A stretch of DNA of 64,000 bases, taken from assembly GCA_963714975.1 (NCBI GenBank), contig CAVQQD010000003.1:288001-352000 (forward strand). Direction: 5' to 3'. The notes beneath the pieces are model-generated. The model did no database searches. It was not told the origin of the DNA and saw nothing but the letters and a program-made list of their open reading frames with translations. Made by a program: the position numbers and the translations under genes. The DNA comes from an uncultured Gammaproteobacteria bacterium (GTDB lineage Bacteria; Pseudomonadota; Gammaproteobacteria; JAURND01). How positions within the stretch are numbered: the first letter of the stretch is position 1; each line of letters begins with the position of its first letter. Below are positions 51,893 to 63,200 of the stretch, in pieces.

Positions 51893-53176
51893 ATGTCCCA
51901 ATCCATTGCTTTATTTGCTGAAGCACAACGTTACATCCCAGGAGGTGTGAATTCTCCGGTGCGTGCCTTTAAAAGCGTCGGGGGTAACCCCTTGTTTATT
52001 TCCCATGCTCATGGTCCTTATATTTATGATGTGGATCAAACGCAATATATCGATTATGTGGGCTCATGGGGCACTGCATTACTTGGCCACGCGCATCCCA
52101 AAGTAGTGGCTGCGGTGCAAGCTGTGGTTGCTGATGGCTTGAGTTTTGGGGCGCCGACTGCGCGGGAGGTTGAGTTAGCAAGCAAAATTTGCCAACTAAT
52201 GCCAGCCATTGAACAACTGCGATTAGTAAGTTCAGGAACTGAGGCAACGATGAGCGCAATTCGTTTAGCACGCGCTGTCACCGGGCGTAGCAAGATCTTG
52301 AAATTTGCAGGTTGCTATCATGGTCATTCCGATTCGTTATTAGTTGAAGCCGGATCAGGAGGGCTCACTTTTGGGGTGCCCAGTTCTCCTGGAGTTCCTC
52401 TATCGTTAGTGCAAGAAACCTGCGTCGCCACTTACAATGATTTAGATTCTGTGGATGCTTGGTTTCAACAAGTTGGGGAAAAGATTGCGGCCGTGATTGT
52501 TGAACCTGTGGCCGGCAATATGAATTGTGTCCTACCTCAGCCAGGGTTTTTGCAGGGCCTGCGCGATATTTGTGATCGTTATCATAGTCTGTTGATTTTT
52601 GATGAAGTCATTACTGGTTTTAGAGTGGGTTTGCATGGCGCACAAGCGCACTACAGGGTAATTCCAGATTTAACTGCTTTGGGCAAAGTGATTGGGGGGG
52701 GAATGCCTCTGGCTGCTTATGGTGGCAAGAAATCGCTGATGGAACAAATGGCTCCGAATGGACCTGTTTATCAGGCAGGAACTTTATCAGGAAATCCCGT
52801 GGCAGTAGCAGCCGGGTTAGCAACGCTAGAAGAAATCACCCGACCTGGGTTTTATTCTGAATTGACAGCGAAGACCCATACTTTAGTGACTGGCTTAACA
52901 GAACGGGCTCGTGCTGCGGGTGTTCCATTGGTCACTAATGCTATAGGCGGCTTATTTGGTTTCTTTTTTAGCCCCGAACCCGAAATTTTCAATTTAGCCC
53001 AAGTGAATGCCTGCGACCTGACTCGATTCCGCCAATTTTTTGGCAAAATGCTGCAAGGAGGTATTTATCTTGCTCCTTCAGCTTTTGAAGCCGGGTTTAT
53101 GTCCATTACCCATCAAGAGGCAGATATTCAAAAAACTTTGGATAGGGCAGAAGAGGTGTTTGATGAGGACGCTTGA
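51893..53176 (+). CDS. hemL: Glutamate-1-semialdehyde 2,1-aminomutase
   Basis: [20 protein letters not shown] and GKVIGGG motifs; GGAGG RBS before ATG 51893. Confidence 0.97.
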   Translation: MSQSIALFAEAQRYIPGGVNSPVRAFKSVGGNPLFISHAHGPYIYDVDQTQYIDYVGSWGTALLGHAHPKVVAAVQAVVADGLSFGAPTAREVELASKICQLMPAIEQLRLVSSGTEATMSAIRLARAVTGRSKILKFAGCYHGHSDSLLVEAGSGGLTFGVPSSPGVPLSLVQETCVATYNDLDSVDAWFQQVGEKIAAVIVEPVAGNMNCVLPQPGFLQGLRDICDRYHSLLIFDEVITGFRVGLHGAQAHYRVIPDLTALGKVIGGGMPLAAYGGKKSLMEQMAPNGPVYQAGTLSGNPVAVAAGLATLEEITRPGFYSELTAKTHTLVTGLTERARAAGVPLVTNAIGGLFGFFFSPEPEIFNLAQVNACDLTRFRQFFGKMLQGGIYLAPSAFEAGFMSITHQEADIQKTLDRAEEVFDEDA

Positions 53177-53181
53177 AATGG

Positions 53182-53297
53182 TCGTCGTCCCGGCATGAAA
53201 TACTCGTCGTCCCGGCATGGATGCCGGGATCCAGGGCGCAGGAAGCGAAACTTTCACGTCCCTGTGAACTGGATCCTTGCATCCTGCAAGGACGACG
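53182..53297. repeat. Full family B element with duplicated left end
   Basis: (tcgtcgtcccggcatg)x2, then gatgccgggatcca...tggatccttgcatcctgcaaggacgacg. Confidence 0.85.
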
Positions 53298-53319
53298 CTA
53301 ACTCCCGCGAGAAGAGATT

Positions 53320-53604
53320 CTAGTGCGTGTGGTGTGTAGTAGTTTTACGGGCTTCAACGATATCTTTGATATCAGTCAGCGTGTCGTTGATGGTGAATAG
53401 CACAATCACATATTCACAGACCATCCTGACAAACAATGGCCCTAAAATAAGTAGGATCAATCCCGGTAACCATTCTTTTTGGGTAAAATTAAAAATTGCC
53501 AACAGAATGGCTGCTGCCACACCAATCCAAAAAATAAATCGCACTAAAGTAGGGATCAGCATCCGCTTAAAGCTGAAAAATTCCTTGATAGATCTTTTAA
53601 CCAT
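53320..53604 (-). CDS. DUF4282-like membrane protein
   Basis: FFSFKRML.P and RMVCEYVIVLF.I motifs. Confidence 0.7.
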   Translation of the reverse strand: MVKRSIKEFFSFKRMLIPTLVRFIFWIGVAAAILLAIFNFTQKEWLPGLILLILGPLFVRMVCEYVIVLFTINDTLTDIKDIVEARKTTTHHTH

Positions 53605-53708
53605 TATTTCCTCCTAGGTTGAAATAGCTGTTACAAAAAGGCTTGACCTTTACAGACTGAAGGAGTTAGTCTCCTCACAAAAATCGTTCCTATTGTATTC
53701 GATAACTT

Positions 53709-54971
53709 ATGCGTAATCTATATTCATCGCTGTTTTATTTAGCGCTGCCCTTTATTTTTTTTCGCCTATGGTGGAAAGGGCGGCGAACTCCAGGTTACCG
53801 TCAGCGCTGGCGTGAACGCTTGGCTTTAATTCCTGCTTTGCCGGAGCGGCAGGGGTGCGTTTGGGTTCATGCTGTTTCTTTAGGGGAAATGATTGCAGCC
53901 AAGCCGCTGATTTTAGCGTTGCAGAAAGGTTATCCCGATTATAATTTTGTCATTACTAACATGACTGTCACGGGTTCTGGGATGGCTAGCCAATTAAAAG
54001 GGGAGAATATCTTTCATTTTTATGTTCCCTATGATCTTCCTGATGTGGTGGAGCGTTTTTTGGAGCGGGCGCGGCCAAGCATGGCTATTATCATGGAAAC
54101 TGAATTATGGCCAAATTTACTGCATTATACGGCTGCAAAAGGTATTCCTATTTTCCTTGCCAATGCACGCTTGTCTGATCGTTCGTTACAAGGTTATAAA
54201 CGCATCCGAAGTTTGGTTACTCCTATGCTGCAGTCCTTTATTTTAATTTTGGCGCAAACCCAAGAAGAGGCGAGGCGTTTTATTGAATTAGGGGCAGATC
54301 CGCAAAAAGTGCAGGTGACAGGTAGTATTAAATTTGATGTGCCTTTACCAACAGAATTAGTAGCAAAAGGTCGAGCGTTGCGTGTGAGTTGGGGAGAGCG
54401 ACGACCCACGTTGATTGCTGCCAGCACCCATGGCGGTGAAGAAGAAAAAATATTGCGGGCTTTTGCCGAATTGCGAGCAGTGTGGCCTACTGCGTTGTTG
54501 GTTTTAGTACCCCGGCATCCAGAACGCTTTAATGAGGTTGCCTTATTGTGTCAAAAACATAATTTTCAGCTGATTCGTCGCACGCAAAATCTCCCTTGTC
54601 AGCAAGATACCGCGGTTTTTCTTGGCGATACCTTGGGAGAATTATTTGCCTTTTATGCTCTAGCAGATATTGCCTTTGTGGGTGGGAGTTTTGTTGCCGT
54701 GGGGGGACATAATCTCTTGGAGCCTGCTGCTTTAGCTCTGCCAATTATCACCGGCCCGAATTTGTTTAACTTTACGGAGATTTTTAATTTGCTTAATCAA
54801 GTAGGAGCTGTGGTCCAGGTGGAAGACGAGCAGCAATTAGTTGAAGCCTGCGAAGCATTACTGGCAGAGCCAGAACGAGGACAGGAAATGGGAACCCGAG
54901 CACTCAAAGTTGTTGAGCAAAATCGTGGTGCTTTGCAAAAGCATTTAGATTATATTGAAGCAACATCATGA
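53709..54971 (+). CDS. waaA: Kdo transferase
   Basis: WVHAVSLGE, ETELWPN, ASTH.GEE and GGHNLLEPA motifs. Confidence 0.96.
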   Translation: MRNLYSSLFYLALPFIFFRLWWKGRRTPGYRQRWRERLALIPALPERQGCVWVHAVSLGEMIAAKPLILALQKGYPDYNFVITNMTVTGSGMASQLKGENIFHFYVPYDLPDVVERFLERARPSMAIIMETELWPNLLHYTAAKGIPIFLANARLSDRSLQGYKRIRSLVTPMLQSFILILAQTQEEARRFIELGADPQKVQVTGSIKFDVPLPTELVAKGRALRVSWGERRPTLIAASTHGGEEEKILRAFAELRAVWPTALLVLVPRHPERFNEVALLCQKHNFQLIRRTQNLPCQQDTAVFLGDTLGELFAFYALADIAFVGGSFVAVGGHNLLEPAALALPIITGPNLFNFTEIFNLLNQVGAVVQVEDEQQLVEACEALLAEPERGQEMGTRALKVVEQNRGALQKHLDYIEATS

Positions 54972-56281
54972 AGTATCTGGAAGAATACCAACACCGTCGC
55001 CAACAGGTCTTACGAGAAATAGGGGGAGATGCGGTGGCGATTATTCCCGGGGCGAAGGAAAAACAGCGCAATGCAGATAACACCTACCCATTTCGTCAAT
55101 ACAGCGACTTTTACTATTTAACGGGATTCAATGAGCCCGAAGCAATCGCAGTTTTAGCTCCAGGTTGTGAAAAAGGACCCTTTCTTTTATTCAATCAACC
55201 ACGTGATCCAAACAGCGAAATATGGCATGGCGCTCGAGCTGGCCAAGAAGGCGCTTGCGAGATTTATGGAGCTGATGGTTCTTTTCCTATTGAACAACTC
55301 GATGCCGAACTACCCAAATTATTACGCCAGGCTCAACGCGTTTATTACCCCTTTGGGCGTGATATGGCTTTCGATCGGCGTGTGTTCTCCTGGATCAACT
55401 CGGTTCGTTCGACAACTCGCGGCGATACCAACGTACTCAATACAATTGTGAATGTGGAACCCATTATCCATGAGATGCGGCTACACAAGAGTCCACTGGA
55501 ACTGCAGTTGATGCGCAAAGCAGCGGCAGTATCGGCTGAAGCACATTGTGCGGCCATGAAAATTTGTCGGCCTGGTTTGCATGAGTATGATTTAGAGGCT
55601 GAGCTACAATATTGGTTTACTCATTATGGTAGCCGGGCTCCTGCTTACAACCATATTGTAGGGACGGGCGCCAACACCTGTACACTCCATTACAATGCCA
55701 ATAATGCCTTGATCCAAGATGGAGATTTGGTACTAATTGATGCAGGAGCCGAATTTGATTATTATGCCGCAGATATTACCCGGACATTTCCTGCCAATGG
55801 GCGCTTTAGCCCGACGCAGCAAGCCGTTTACGAGGCAGTGCTAACGGCGCAGCTGGCGGTGATTGATTTAATTAAGCCAGGGGTTCCCTGGGGGAAATTG
55901 CAGGAAGAATCGGATCGTGTCATTACTGAGCAATTGTTACATTTAGGACTGTTATCTGGGAATCTTGCTGAATTATTGGAAAAAGGGGCCGCACGTAAGT
56001 TTTATGTGCATAAAATTGGCCACTGGTTAGGCCTTGATGTGCACGATGTGGGCAGTTATCGGAGCGATGGTCAATGGCGCCTGCTGGAACCCGGCATGGT
56101 CGTGACGGTTGAACCAGGGATTTATATCCCTGCAGGTAGCGAGGGGGTAGCAGAAAAGTGGGGGAATATTGGGGTACGGATTGAAGATGACGTTCTAGTG
56201 ACCGATCAGGGCTGTGAAGTGTTATCCGCAGGCGCTCCCAAAACGGTAATGGATATTGAGGCACTAATGGAAGGTATTTAG
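54968..56281 (+). CDS. pepP: Xaa-Pro aminopeptidase
   Basis: FRQYSDFYYLTG, DITRTFP, GHWLGLDVHD and GVRIEDD motifs. Confidence 0.96.
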   Translation: MKYLEEYQHRRQQVLREIGGDAVAIIPGAKEKQRNADNTYPFRQYSDFYYLTGFNEPEAIAVLAPGCEKGPFLLFNQPRDPNSEIWHGARAGQEGACEIYGADGSFPIEQLDAELPKLLRQAQRVYYPFGRDMAFDRRVFSWINSVRSTTRGDTNVLNTIVNVEPIIHEMRLHKSPLELQLMRKAAAVSAEAHCAAMKICRPGLHEYDLEAELQYWFTHYGSRAPAYNHIVGTGANTCTLHYNANNALIQDGDLVLIDAGAEFDYYAADITRTFPANGRFSPTQQAVYEAVLTAQLAVIDLIKPGVPWGKLQEESDRVITEQLLHLGLLSGNLAELLEKGAARKFYVHKIGHWLGLDVHDVGSYRSDGQWRLLEPGMVVTVEPGIYIPAGSEGVAEKWGNIGVRIEDDVLVTDQGCEVLSAGAPKTVMDIEALMEGI

Positions 56282-56282
56282 G

Positions 56283-56996
56283 ATGAAGCTATACAAATTG
56301 ATTCTCACTATTATAAGAAATTATTTCGTCATCTATCCTCACATTTGGATTTTAGTGGCGCTTTCTTCAGCAGCACATTTGATAGTGCCATGGTTTTTCG
56401 TCTTAAACCCAGCTTATGGCTTAGTGGCGTTTATTGGCTTCGTGCTGTTAACTTGGTTTTTCTATACGGCTATTTTAAACACTTCCCAGGTGGCATTGCA
56501 GGGAGGGCACATGAAGCTCAAGGCAGCATTTCGTTTATCGCGCCAGCGCTATCTTTATATCTTGGGTAGTAACTTATTATTTTTTGCCATTGGCGCTTTA
56601 TTAATAGTTTTTGAATATGGCTTGAATCTGTTATTTGACCTAGTCCATCAATTTCCTATTTTTGTTGGGTTGATCGTGATTATTAATGTCTATATTTTTG
56701 TCAGGCTTTATTTTGCTATCCCTTTGATTGTCTTAGATCATGGGATGCGTATATGGGCAGCATTTGTTGAAAGTTTTCAGATGGTGAGACATCATTGGTG
56801 GCAAACTTCTATCGTGTTATTTCTAGTTGCGATGGTGATTCTAGGTTTTGAGGCTTTGGGCATTTTAGTGACTGGCAAAGATCGCATGGTTTTATTTACG
56901 CTCTATCACTTTTTATTGCAGATGCTATTTTATCCGCTGATCATTTCTGCCACTTTGGTGTTGTATCGTGATTTAAAGCCCGACGAAGATATATGA
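56283..56996 (+). CDS. Hypothetical polytopic membrane protein
   Basis: About six hydrophobic segments; in the pepP-ubiH operon. Confidence 0.7.
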   Translation: MKLYKLILTIIRNYFVIYPHIWILVALSSAAHLIVPWFFVLNPAYGLVAFIGFVLLTWFFYTAILNTSQVALQGGHMKLKAAFRLSRQRYLYILGSNLLFFAIGALLIVFEYGLNLLFDLVHQFPIFVGLIVIINVYIFVRLYFAIPLIVLDHGMRIWAAFVESFQMVRHHWWQTSIVLFLVAMVILGFEALGILVTGKDRMVLFTLYHFLLQMLFYPLIISATLVLYRDLKPDEDI

Positions 56997-57004
56997 GAGG
57001 GGGC

Positions 57005-58198
57005 ATGAAAAACGACTTCGACATCCTAATCATTGGCGGTGGCTTGGTGGGTGCTTCTTTGGCTTGTGCTTTGGCTAATCGGCCCATAAACATAGGCATC
57101 ATCGAATCTCATCCCCTCGGCACTGCGCGTGGTATTGATTGGTCCTTAGGGCTTTCTTTGCCCAGTGTGCGGATCTTGCAAGCTTTAGAACTTTGGCCTG
57201 CTCTTAAAACTTATGCAACCCCGATTGAGCAAGTACATATTAGCAATGCGGGACAATTTGGGACTGCACGCTTTTCCGCCCAGGACTATCATGTGAATGC
57301 TCTAGGCTATGTCATTCCTGCGCAAACTTTATTGCGTGTTGTGCAAGAGCAAAGTTTAGCTTCTAATGTGCATTGGTATTGTCCAGCAGAATTACAGGCT
57401 CTTGAACCCAGTCCCCAAGGTTATTCTGTTAGAGTGCAGGTTCCCCCCCGTCATCTCGAGGAGCTTGCGACGACGGGAGATATGCAGCTCACGACTCGTT
57501 TGTTGGTAGCGGCAGATGGCAGTGATTCTTGGGTGCGTCGATGTTTAAATATCCCAGTGAAAATTCAGGATTATTCCCAAGTGGCGTTAATTGCCAGAGC
57601 GGATTTGGCCCGTTCCCACCAGCAGATTGCTTATGAACGATTTAATCAAAACGGTTCCATAGCGGCTTTACCTTTGTCAGGCAACCGCAGCGGTATCATT
57701 TGGGTGCTTGATGCAGCCCAAGCGAATCGTGTTGCGGGTTTAAATGCTTTAGATTTTAGTCAGGAATTGCAAGCTGCTTTGGGGGGGCGGTTGGGGCGTT
57801 TACTGCGGGTCGAGCGCCAAGGAACGCTGCCCATTAAAACTGTAGCGGCGGAACAACAGATTCAGAACCACTTAGTATTATTGGGGAATGCCGCGCATAT
57901 GCTGCATCCAGTTGCGGCACAAGGATTTAATTTGGGTTTGGCAGATATGTTTTGTTTAGCTAAAACGCTCATTCAAGCGACGCAGCAAGGTACTGAGATT
58001 GGCGCCCCCGCAGTTTTACAAGCTTATTTGCGTAAACGTCGCCGCAAGCAAAAAATTGCCCAGGGCTTTACTTCAGGGCTCGTGAAGGTATTTTCCCCAC
58101 AAACTTTCCCACTTCCACACCTGCGAGGTCTGGGTTTGTATGGACTAGATAATGCGGCTTGGCTTAAACGAGCCTTAGTCAGGCATATTTTAACCTAG
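57005..58198 (+). CDS. ubiH: UbiH-family FAD-dependent hydroxylase (with short in-frame repeat insert)
   Basis: GGGLVG, AADG and LGNAAH.LHPVAAQGFNLG motifs; pepP-ubiH synteny. Confidence 0.88.
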   Translation: MKNDFDILIIGGGLVGASLACALANRPINIGIIESHPLGTARGIDWSLGLSLPSVRILQALELWPALKTYATPIEQVHISNAGQFGTARFSAQDYHVNALGYVIPAQTLLRVVQEQSLASNVHWYCPAELQALEPSPQGYSVRVQVPPRHLEELATTGDMQLTTRLLVAADGSDSWVRRCLNIPVKIQDYSQVALIARADLARSHQQIAYERFNQNGSIAALPLSGNRSGIIWVLDAAQANRVAGLNALDFSQELQAALGGRLGRLLRVERQGTLPIKTVAAEQQIQNHLVLLGNAAHMLHPVAAQGFNLGLADMFCLAKTLIQATQQGTEIGAPAVLQAYLRKRRRKQKIAQGFTSGLVKVFSPQTFPLPHLRGLGLYGLDNAAWLKRALVRHILT

Positions 58199-59146
58199 TT
58201 ATTCCGAAAACATCGAACTGACCGATTCTTTATGGATCACGCGATAAATAGTTTTAGCTAACAAGCTACTAATGCTAAGTTGGCGAATTTTCTTGATTTT
58301 TGTTGCTTCCTGGGTCAGGGGGATAGTGTTTGTAACCACAAGTTCATCCAACATCGATTGCTCGATATTAATAAGCGCATTGCCTGAGAGTACCGGGTGA
58401 GTACAATAAGCTGTTACCGTGGCCGCGCCACGTTCTTTTAAGGCCTGCGCCGCTTGGCACAAGGTTCCGCCGGTGTCGACCATATCATCCACTATGATGC
58501 AATTGCGGTTTTCAACTTCACCAATGATATTCATCACTTCGGCTTGATTGGGTCGTGGCCGACGCTTATCAATAATGGCTAGATCACTATCATTCAACAA
58601 TTTGGCAGTCGCCCGCGCCCTTAAAACCCCCCCCACATCTGGGGAAACGACTAAAGGGTTGGTTTTGCCCTGATAAGCAATATCTTCCAGCATAATAGGA
58701 GTCGCATAAACATTATCGACTGGGATATAGAAAAAACCTTGAATCTGATCCGCATGAAGATCGACGGTGATGATGTGATTAATCCCGACGATCGACATCA
58801 TATCAGCTACTACTTTTGCTGTGATCGGAACGCGAGCAGAGCGAGCGCGCCGGTCTTGGCGGCCATAACCAAAGTAGGGTACCACGGCGGTGATGTTAGA
58901 GGCGGAAGACCGTCTTAGGGCATCGGCAATCACCAGTAATTCCATGAGACTATCATTAATGGGCGCGCAGGTGGGCTGGATAATGAAATTTTCATAGCCA
59001 CGAACATTTTCCAGAATCTCTACTAAAGTTTCGCCATCACTAAATTTGCCCACAATGGCTTTGCCTAACGAAGTTTGTAGGTGCTCAGCTACTTGTTTAG
59101 CAAGTTCTGGGTGGGCATTACCCGTGAAAATTTTCATTTTAGGCAA
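58199..59146 (-). CDS. prs: Ribose-phosphate pyrophosphokinase
   Basis: FSDGE, YGRQDRR, VSPDVGG and DDMVDTGGT motifs; TTG start. Confidence 0.97.
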   Translation of the reverse strand: MPKMKIFTGNAHPELAKQVAEHLQTSLGKAIVGKFSDGETLVEILENVRGYENFIIQPTCAPINDSLMELLVIADALRRSSASNITAVVPYFGYGRQDRRARSARVPITAKVVADMMSIVGINHIITVDLHADQIQGFFYIPVDNVYATPIMLEDIAYQGKTNPLVVSPDVGGVLRARATAKLLNDSDLAIIDKRRPRPNQAEVMNIIGEVENRNCIIVDDMVDTGGTLCQAAQALKERGAATVTAYCTHPVLSGNALINIEQSMLDELVVTNTIPLTQEATKIKKIRQLSISSLLAKTIYRVIHKESVSSMFSE

Positions 59147-59177
59147 GGGACATCTCTCTTAAAATAGTGTAGGAAAT

Positions 59178-59252
59178 TGGCTGGGATGCTAGGATTCGAA
59201 CCTAGGTATGCGGGGATCAAAACCCCGTGCCTTACCGCTTGGCTACACCCCA
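59178..59252 (-). tRNA. tRNA-Gln (anticodon TTG)
   Basis: TGGGGTGTAGCCAAGCGGTAAGGC...TTTTGAT...GGTTCGAATCC...GCCA; upstream of prs. Confidence 0.95.
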
Positions 59253-59310
59253 AAATGAAGAAGCGCTTATCTTATCGGATGATTTGCCGATACTCAAGAC
59301 CATTATTCCT

Positions 59311-59485
59311 CTCTTCGTCATTCCGAGGAGCTGGTCTTCGTCATTCCGAGGAGCTGGTCTTCGTCATCCCGAGGAGCTGGTCTTCGTCATCCCGAGGAGC
59401 TTGCGACGAGGGATCTCCATGCCAGTTGCAGGAGAATCCCTCGCCGTTGCTCGGGATGACGAAGAGTGGGCGGGATGACGAAGAG
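59311..59485. repeat. Family C palindromic element with four 23-bp tandem end copies
   Basis: tcttcgtcatYccgaggagc units at 59312, 59335, 59358 and 59381; core 59386-59460 is the inverse of 34831-34903. Confidence 0.85.
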
Positions 59486-59516
59486 CCGGGGGGGAAATTA
59501 TTTTTCTCACCTTCTT

Positions 59517-59549
59517 ATTAATACTCTTTTAAGTTTACGGTGGTAATAT
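59517..59549 (+). promoter_or_regulatory. PmrA-like box plus -10
   Basis: ATTAATACTCTTTTAAG-10 nt-TAATAT. Confidence 0.55.
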
Positions 59550-59579
59550 AGAAACTATCGAAAATTACGGGGGGGTGTT

Positions 59580-59975
59580 ATGCCTGATGAAGATAAAGAT
59601 AAAGATAAAGAAAAATCTAAAGCATGGTCCACAGGTAAAAAAGTTGCTGTTGGTGTTGTTGGACTAATGATAGCGGAACCTGTAATAGCGTTAGGGAGTC
59701 GAATCTACAATGACCTCCAGGGTGACACGCCTGCTGAGGAAGCGGATTTTACTACGCAAAATACCAATCCTGATTCTCAGGCGCTTAGTGATGTTCAAGC
59801 GCCAGTGCAGGCTCAAGCTCCTCCTTCGTGGATGAATTCTGCGAATGATGCCTCCAAGGGTCTAGACCTTTCCGGCGTAGATGCCGCTGGTACTGATCTT
59901 GGCGCCGGCGCCGGTACTGGCTTGGAAGGAGCTGATGTGGGTGCTGATCTCTCTCAAATACCTATTCCTTTCTAA
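59580..59975 (+). CDS. Small acidic hypothetical protein with one TM segment
   Basis: 131-aa ORF downstream of a PmrA-like promoter. Confidence 0.65.
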   Translation: MPDEDKDKDKEKSKAWSTGKKVAVGVVGLMIAEPVIALGSRIYNDLQGDTPAEEADFTTQNTNPDSQALSDVQAPVQAQAPPSWMNSANDASKGLDLSGVDAAGTDLGAGAGTGLEGADVGADLSQIPIPF

Positions 59976-60225
59976 TTCAGAAAAAAACCAACAAAAAAGC
60001 CCCAATCTTCAGCACATTAGGCCTTCTCGCTACGACATCAACTGCTTTTTTTAGGTTGAAATGGCTTTTAGCGTTTTGAAACACTCTTATCCTGTCTACG
60101 GCTAACTTCTTTGATCGAAAGCGCTCCGAAAAAAAGATTGTAAAATTAGTCGAAAAAAGCTTATAATCTCGCAATTACTTAGGTTGAGCCGGGAGAATTC
60201 CCGTAAATTTAACATGAGATAGCCT

Positions 60226-63200
60226 ATGCAAGAACACAAATCGAAATCGAACGGCGTGAACAACTCTTTGAATCCTCCTCTTACTAGCTGGATTGCAATA
60301 GGGTCACTAGATCTATTTGCAAATTTGGCAGCAGGTTATTTTTTGTGGCAGAATTTTGGGTTGGCAGGGATAACTATCACTATCTCTATTGTGGCGATAC
60401 AAGCAGCACTGGCTTTAACAATCGCAGTTTATAGGTGGCAAAAAGTCCACCCTGAACCTGTGCAAAAAGTAAAAACAAGGAGAGTTGTCCACGAGCAAAA
60501 GCTTAATCTGGAGGATAATAACCAACAACAACAGGCGATACTTGCACCAGAGTTACTACGCAGTGAGGAGGCTGAATCAAGACTTGCTAGCAATAACTCC
60601 TCAGCAGCAAGCAGGTATTCTTTGCTCATCCCAAAGCCACAGGAAAACAGCCGAGTAATTATTGAAAATTTTCCAAGAAGAAATCAGGAGAAACGTCATT
60701 CTAGAAAGCGCCATCAGCGGAGATCTGATTCATCTACTGTATCGGAAAAAGGAGGGTCAGACTCCGGCATTCCCAAAAAAAGATCCATTTCTCCCCGGCA
60801 GCAGAGCAGTACCAAGAAGGAAGAATTTTCTGTTGACGAACCGGGACAAAAAAATCAAACGGTAATAAGTAACAATAACCCTCCAGCTTTACTGGTAGAG
60901 TCTAAATCAGACGTTTCCCCTCCAGATATTTCACCACCCCCTAATGATATGGACATTCCAAACATTCGACTTGATCATCAATTGAATAAGGGAGAGATTT
61001 CGACAATTAGCACAAATATTATAAGAGGGACATTTGCCACTCCAAGCAGTTATGAGAAGAAAAAAATAACCTCTTCAGCAGATAACTTATTGGAAAAGCA
61101 AGAGCCAGGCACGGTGGAGTTAAATCAATCAGATAATGAATCTAAGACCCTCCAAAACAACGATCTTTCCATCCCTGAGCAAAGAGGCCGCAGAAAGATG
61201 CTTGCATGGGAGGATCTGCCTGAGGGGCTAGGGGAGTTTATAAGCTTTCGACGGCCTACTTCTCAGGACCTGCCTTTTAATGCGAGCATAGTCGTGGAAT
61301 CAGAGGAGGAAATAGCAGGCTATGATGCAGTTCCCCATTCCAAGAAGCCGCCGGTTGAAGATCAGAACATTGGTGTGAGATCAGAGGATGAAAGAGCTGA
61401 CCACGTAGCTCTCAATCCAGTACCGGAAGGTAAAGGTAACGGGCAATCACCATCGCCAAGCTCTGCACCAGATCCATCATTGAATAATCCATTTAATCTC
61501 AATTTCGATGTAATACCCTTAGAGTCCATCAAAAATCCATCCGGCTCCAATCCCCCTCCCTCTATATCCAGCACAGTATCAGAGATTTCGAAAAGTAACG
61601 AGTGGCAGCCAATTCGCCCCCCATCGCCACCTAAACAGCCTAAGCCGGAGGTAAAAGTTACCGCTGAGGCGGCAGACCCTATTGAAGTGATGCTTAAGTC
61701 CACTGAAGAGACACTGGCCCTCATGGAAAGTAATTACAAAAGAGAAAAAAGCAAACTTGGACAAGCGATTAAAGATTCTAACAAACAAGGACTTGACGCA
61801 ATCTTTGGGTTGTTATCAGATAGCATTAATTTACGGCGGCAGATAAATGAGCAGAAAGTTGCTCGCAAGCAGTCAATCACGCAATTTGCACTGGAGGCAA
61901 AAACTACGGCTGCGGATGATGATAACAAGCAGTTGCTTGAAAGTTTTGAAAAGGATTTTGTCGAGATTGCGTTAAAGGAACTTAAAAACAATGTTGACGA
62001 TGTTGTAAATCAGAATAAATTCACAGTAATATTCGAAATGTTATTCGATATCATTGCTCTAAGGCAGAAACTTGGCCTAGATCCTGAGCCAATAGTGGAA
62101 AAGTTTACTCCTAACTTTAATCTTAAGGATACTGATAGTTGCTGGGTTATTTTTAAGATGACTTTACCTCAGCCTATCGAATTCATGGACGATTTCATAA
62201 AGAACAAAGAGACACCGTTATTGGCAGATATATTCACAGCAATCAAAAGCAACTTGACGAACGCTATGGAAGCGCAAGCATTTAAAGCCCTTACCAGTTC
62301 AACTTGGATGAATAGATCACGAGTAGAAAATTTCAAATCGGGATTTCAACAATTATTAGGCGTCATTCAGTTAAGGAAGCGACTTGGGCTAGATACTAGT
62401 GTAACAATAGAAAAATTTAAATGTACTGAGTCGGATATTTTTAAGTTGACTTCCTCTGTTGACATTAAGAGGGTGCAGACCTTCTTGCAGGAGACACAGG
62501 AAATTGAAGCTGTTAAAGCCATACCTGGTTTAGTCTCGGCAATTGAACAAATCCGAGAAAAGTTGTCGGCACAATTAACAAACAATTTTCAGGGGTCAGT
62601 AGTTGAGGAAAAAGGTACTCATAATGTGGACTCTGATCAGGCGACTACTCCTGGGAGCGTAACTCCTGACGAAGATAAAGGAACAAACAAACTTAAAGAA
62701 ATGGAACAGGAACTTAAACCTAAGTTAGTAGGACTTACCTCGACGTGGCTTGATAAGAGCACAGAACTTGCTCAACTTGAAAAGGTGAAAAATTTCCAGG
62801 ATACATTGGATTTTCTAGTAGAAAAAGTCAATGAGTTAACTTCTGATTTTTCTTCGGATTCCGACAAACTAATTCCGCAATTAGTAAAGAATTTTACCTA
62901 CAATGCTAATTGGGCAATCGCTAAGCTTACTTCTTGCCAGGCCATTGCGCAGGTGCAGGATTTCTTAGGTGAAAAGTTAAAGGCTATTCAAAATTCCGAT
63001 AAATTAAAACCTTTAGCATCTAACATCCAAGATATACAGAAAAAGTTGCAGGAGAAGCGAGATAAGGATATTGCGGGATTATTAGAGCAGATAAATAAAC
63101 CCGGATGGACGTTAACAAGCCCTATTCCCAACTTTCTCAATAATATAATGAATAGAGCTGAGCTTCGCACGTACCTTGGAAAGGCTCTTGAGGAGAATAA

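Noticed and set aside
59311-59485. Possible CRISPR array (also 34773-34841)
   Set aside because: The 23-bp units are contiguous with no unique spacers, and no cas genes are nearby. They are tandem copies of a repeat end.
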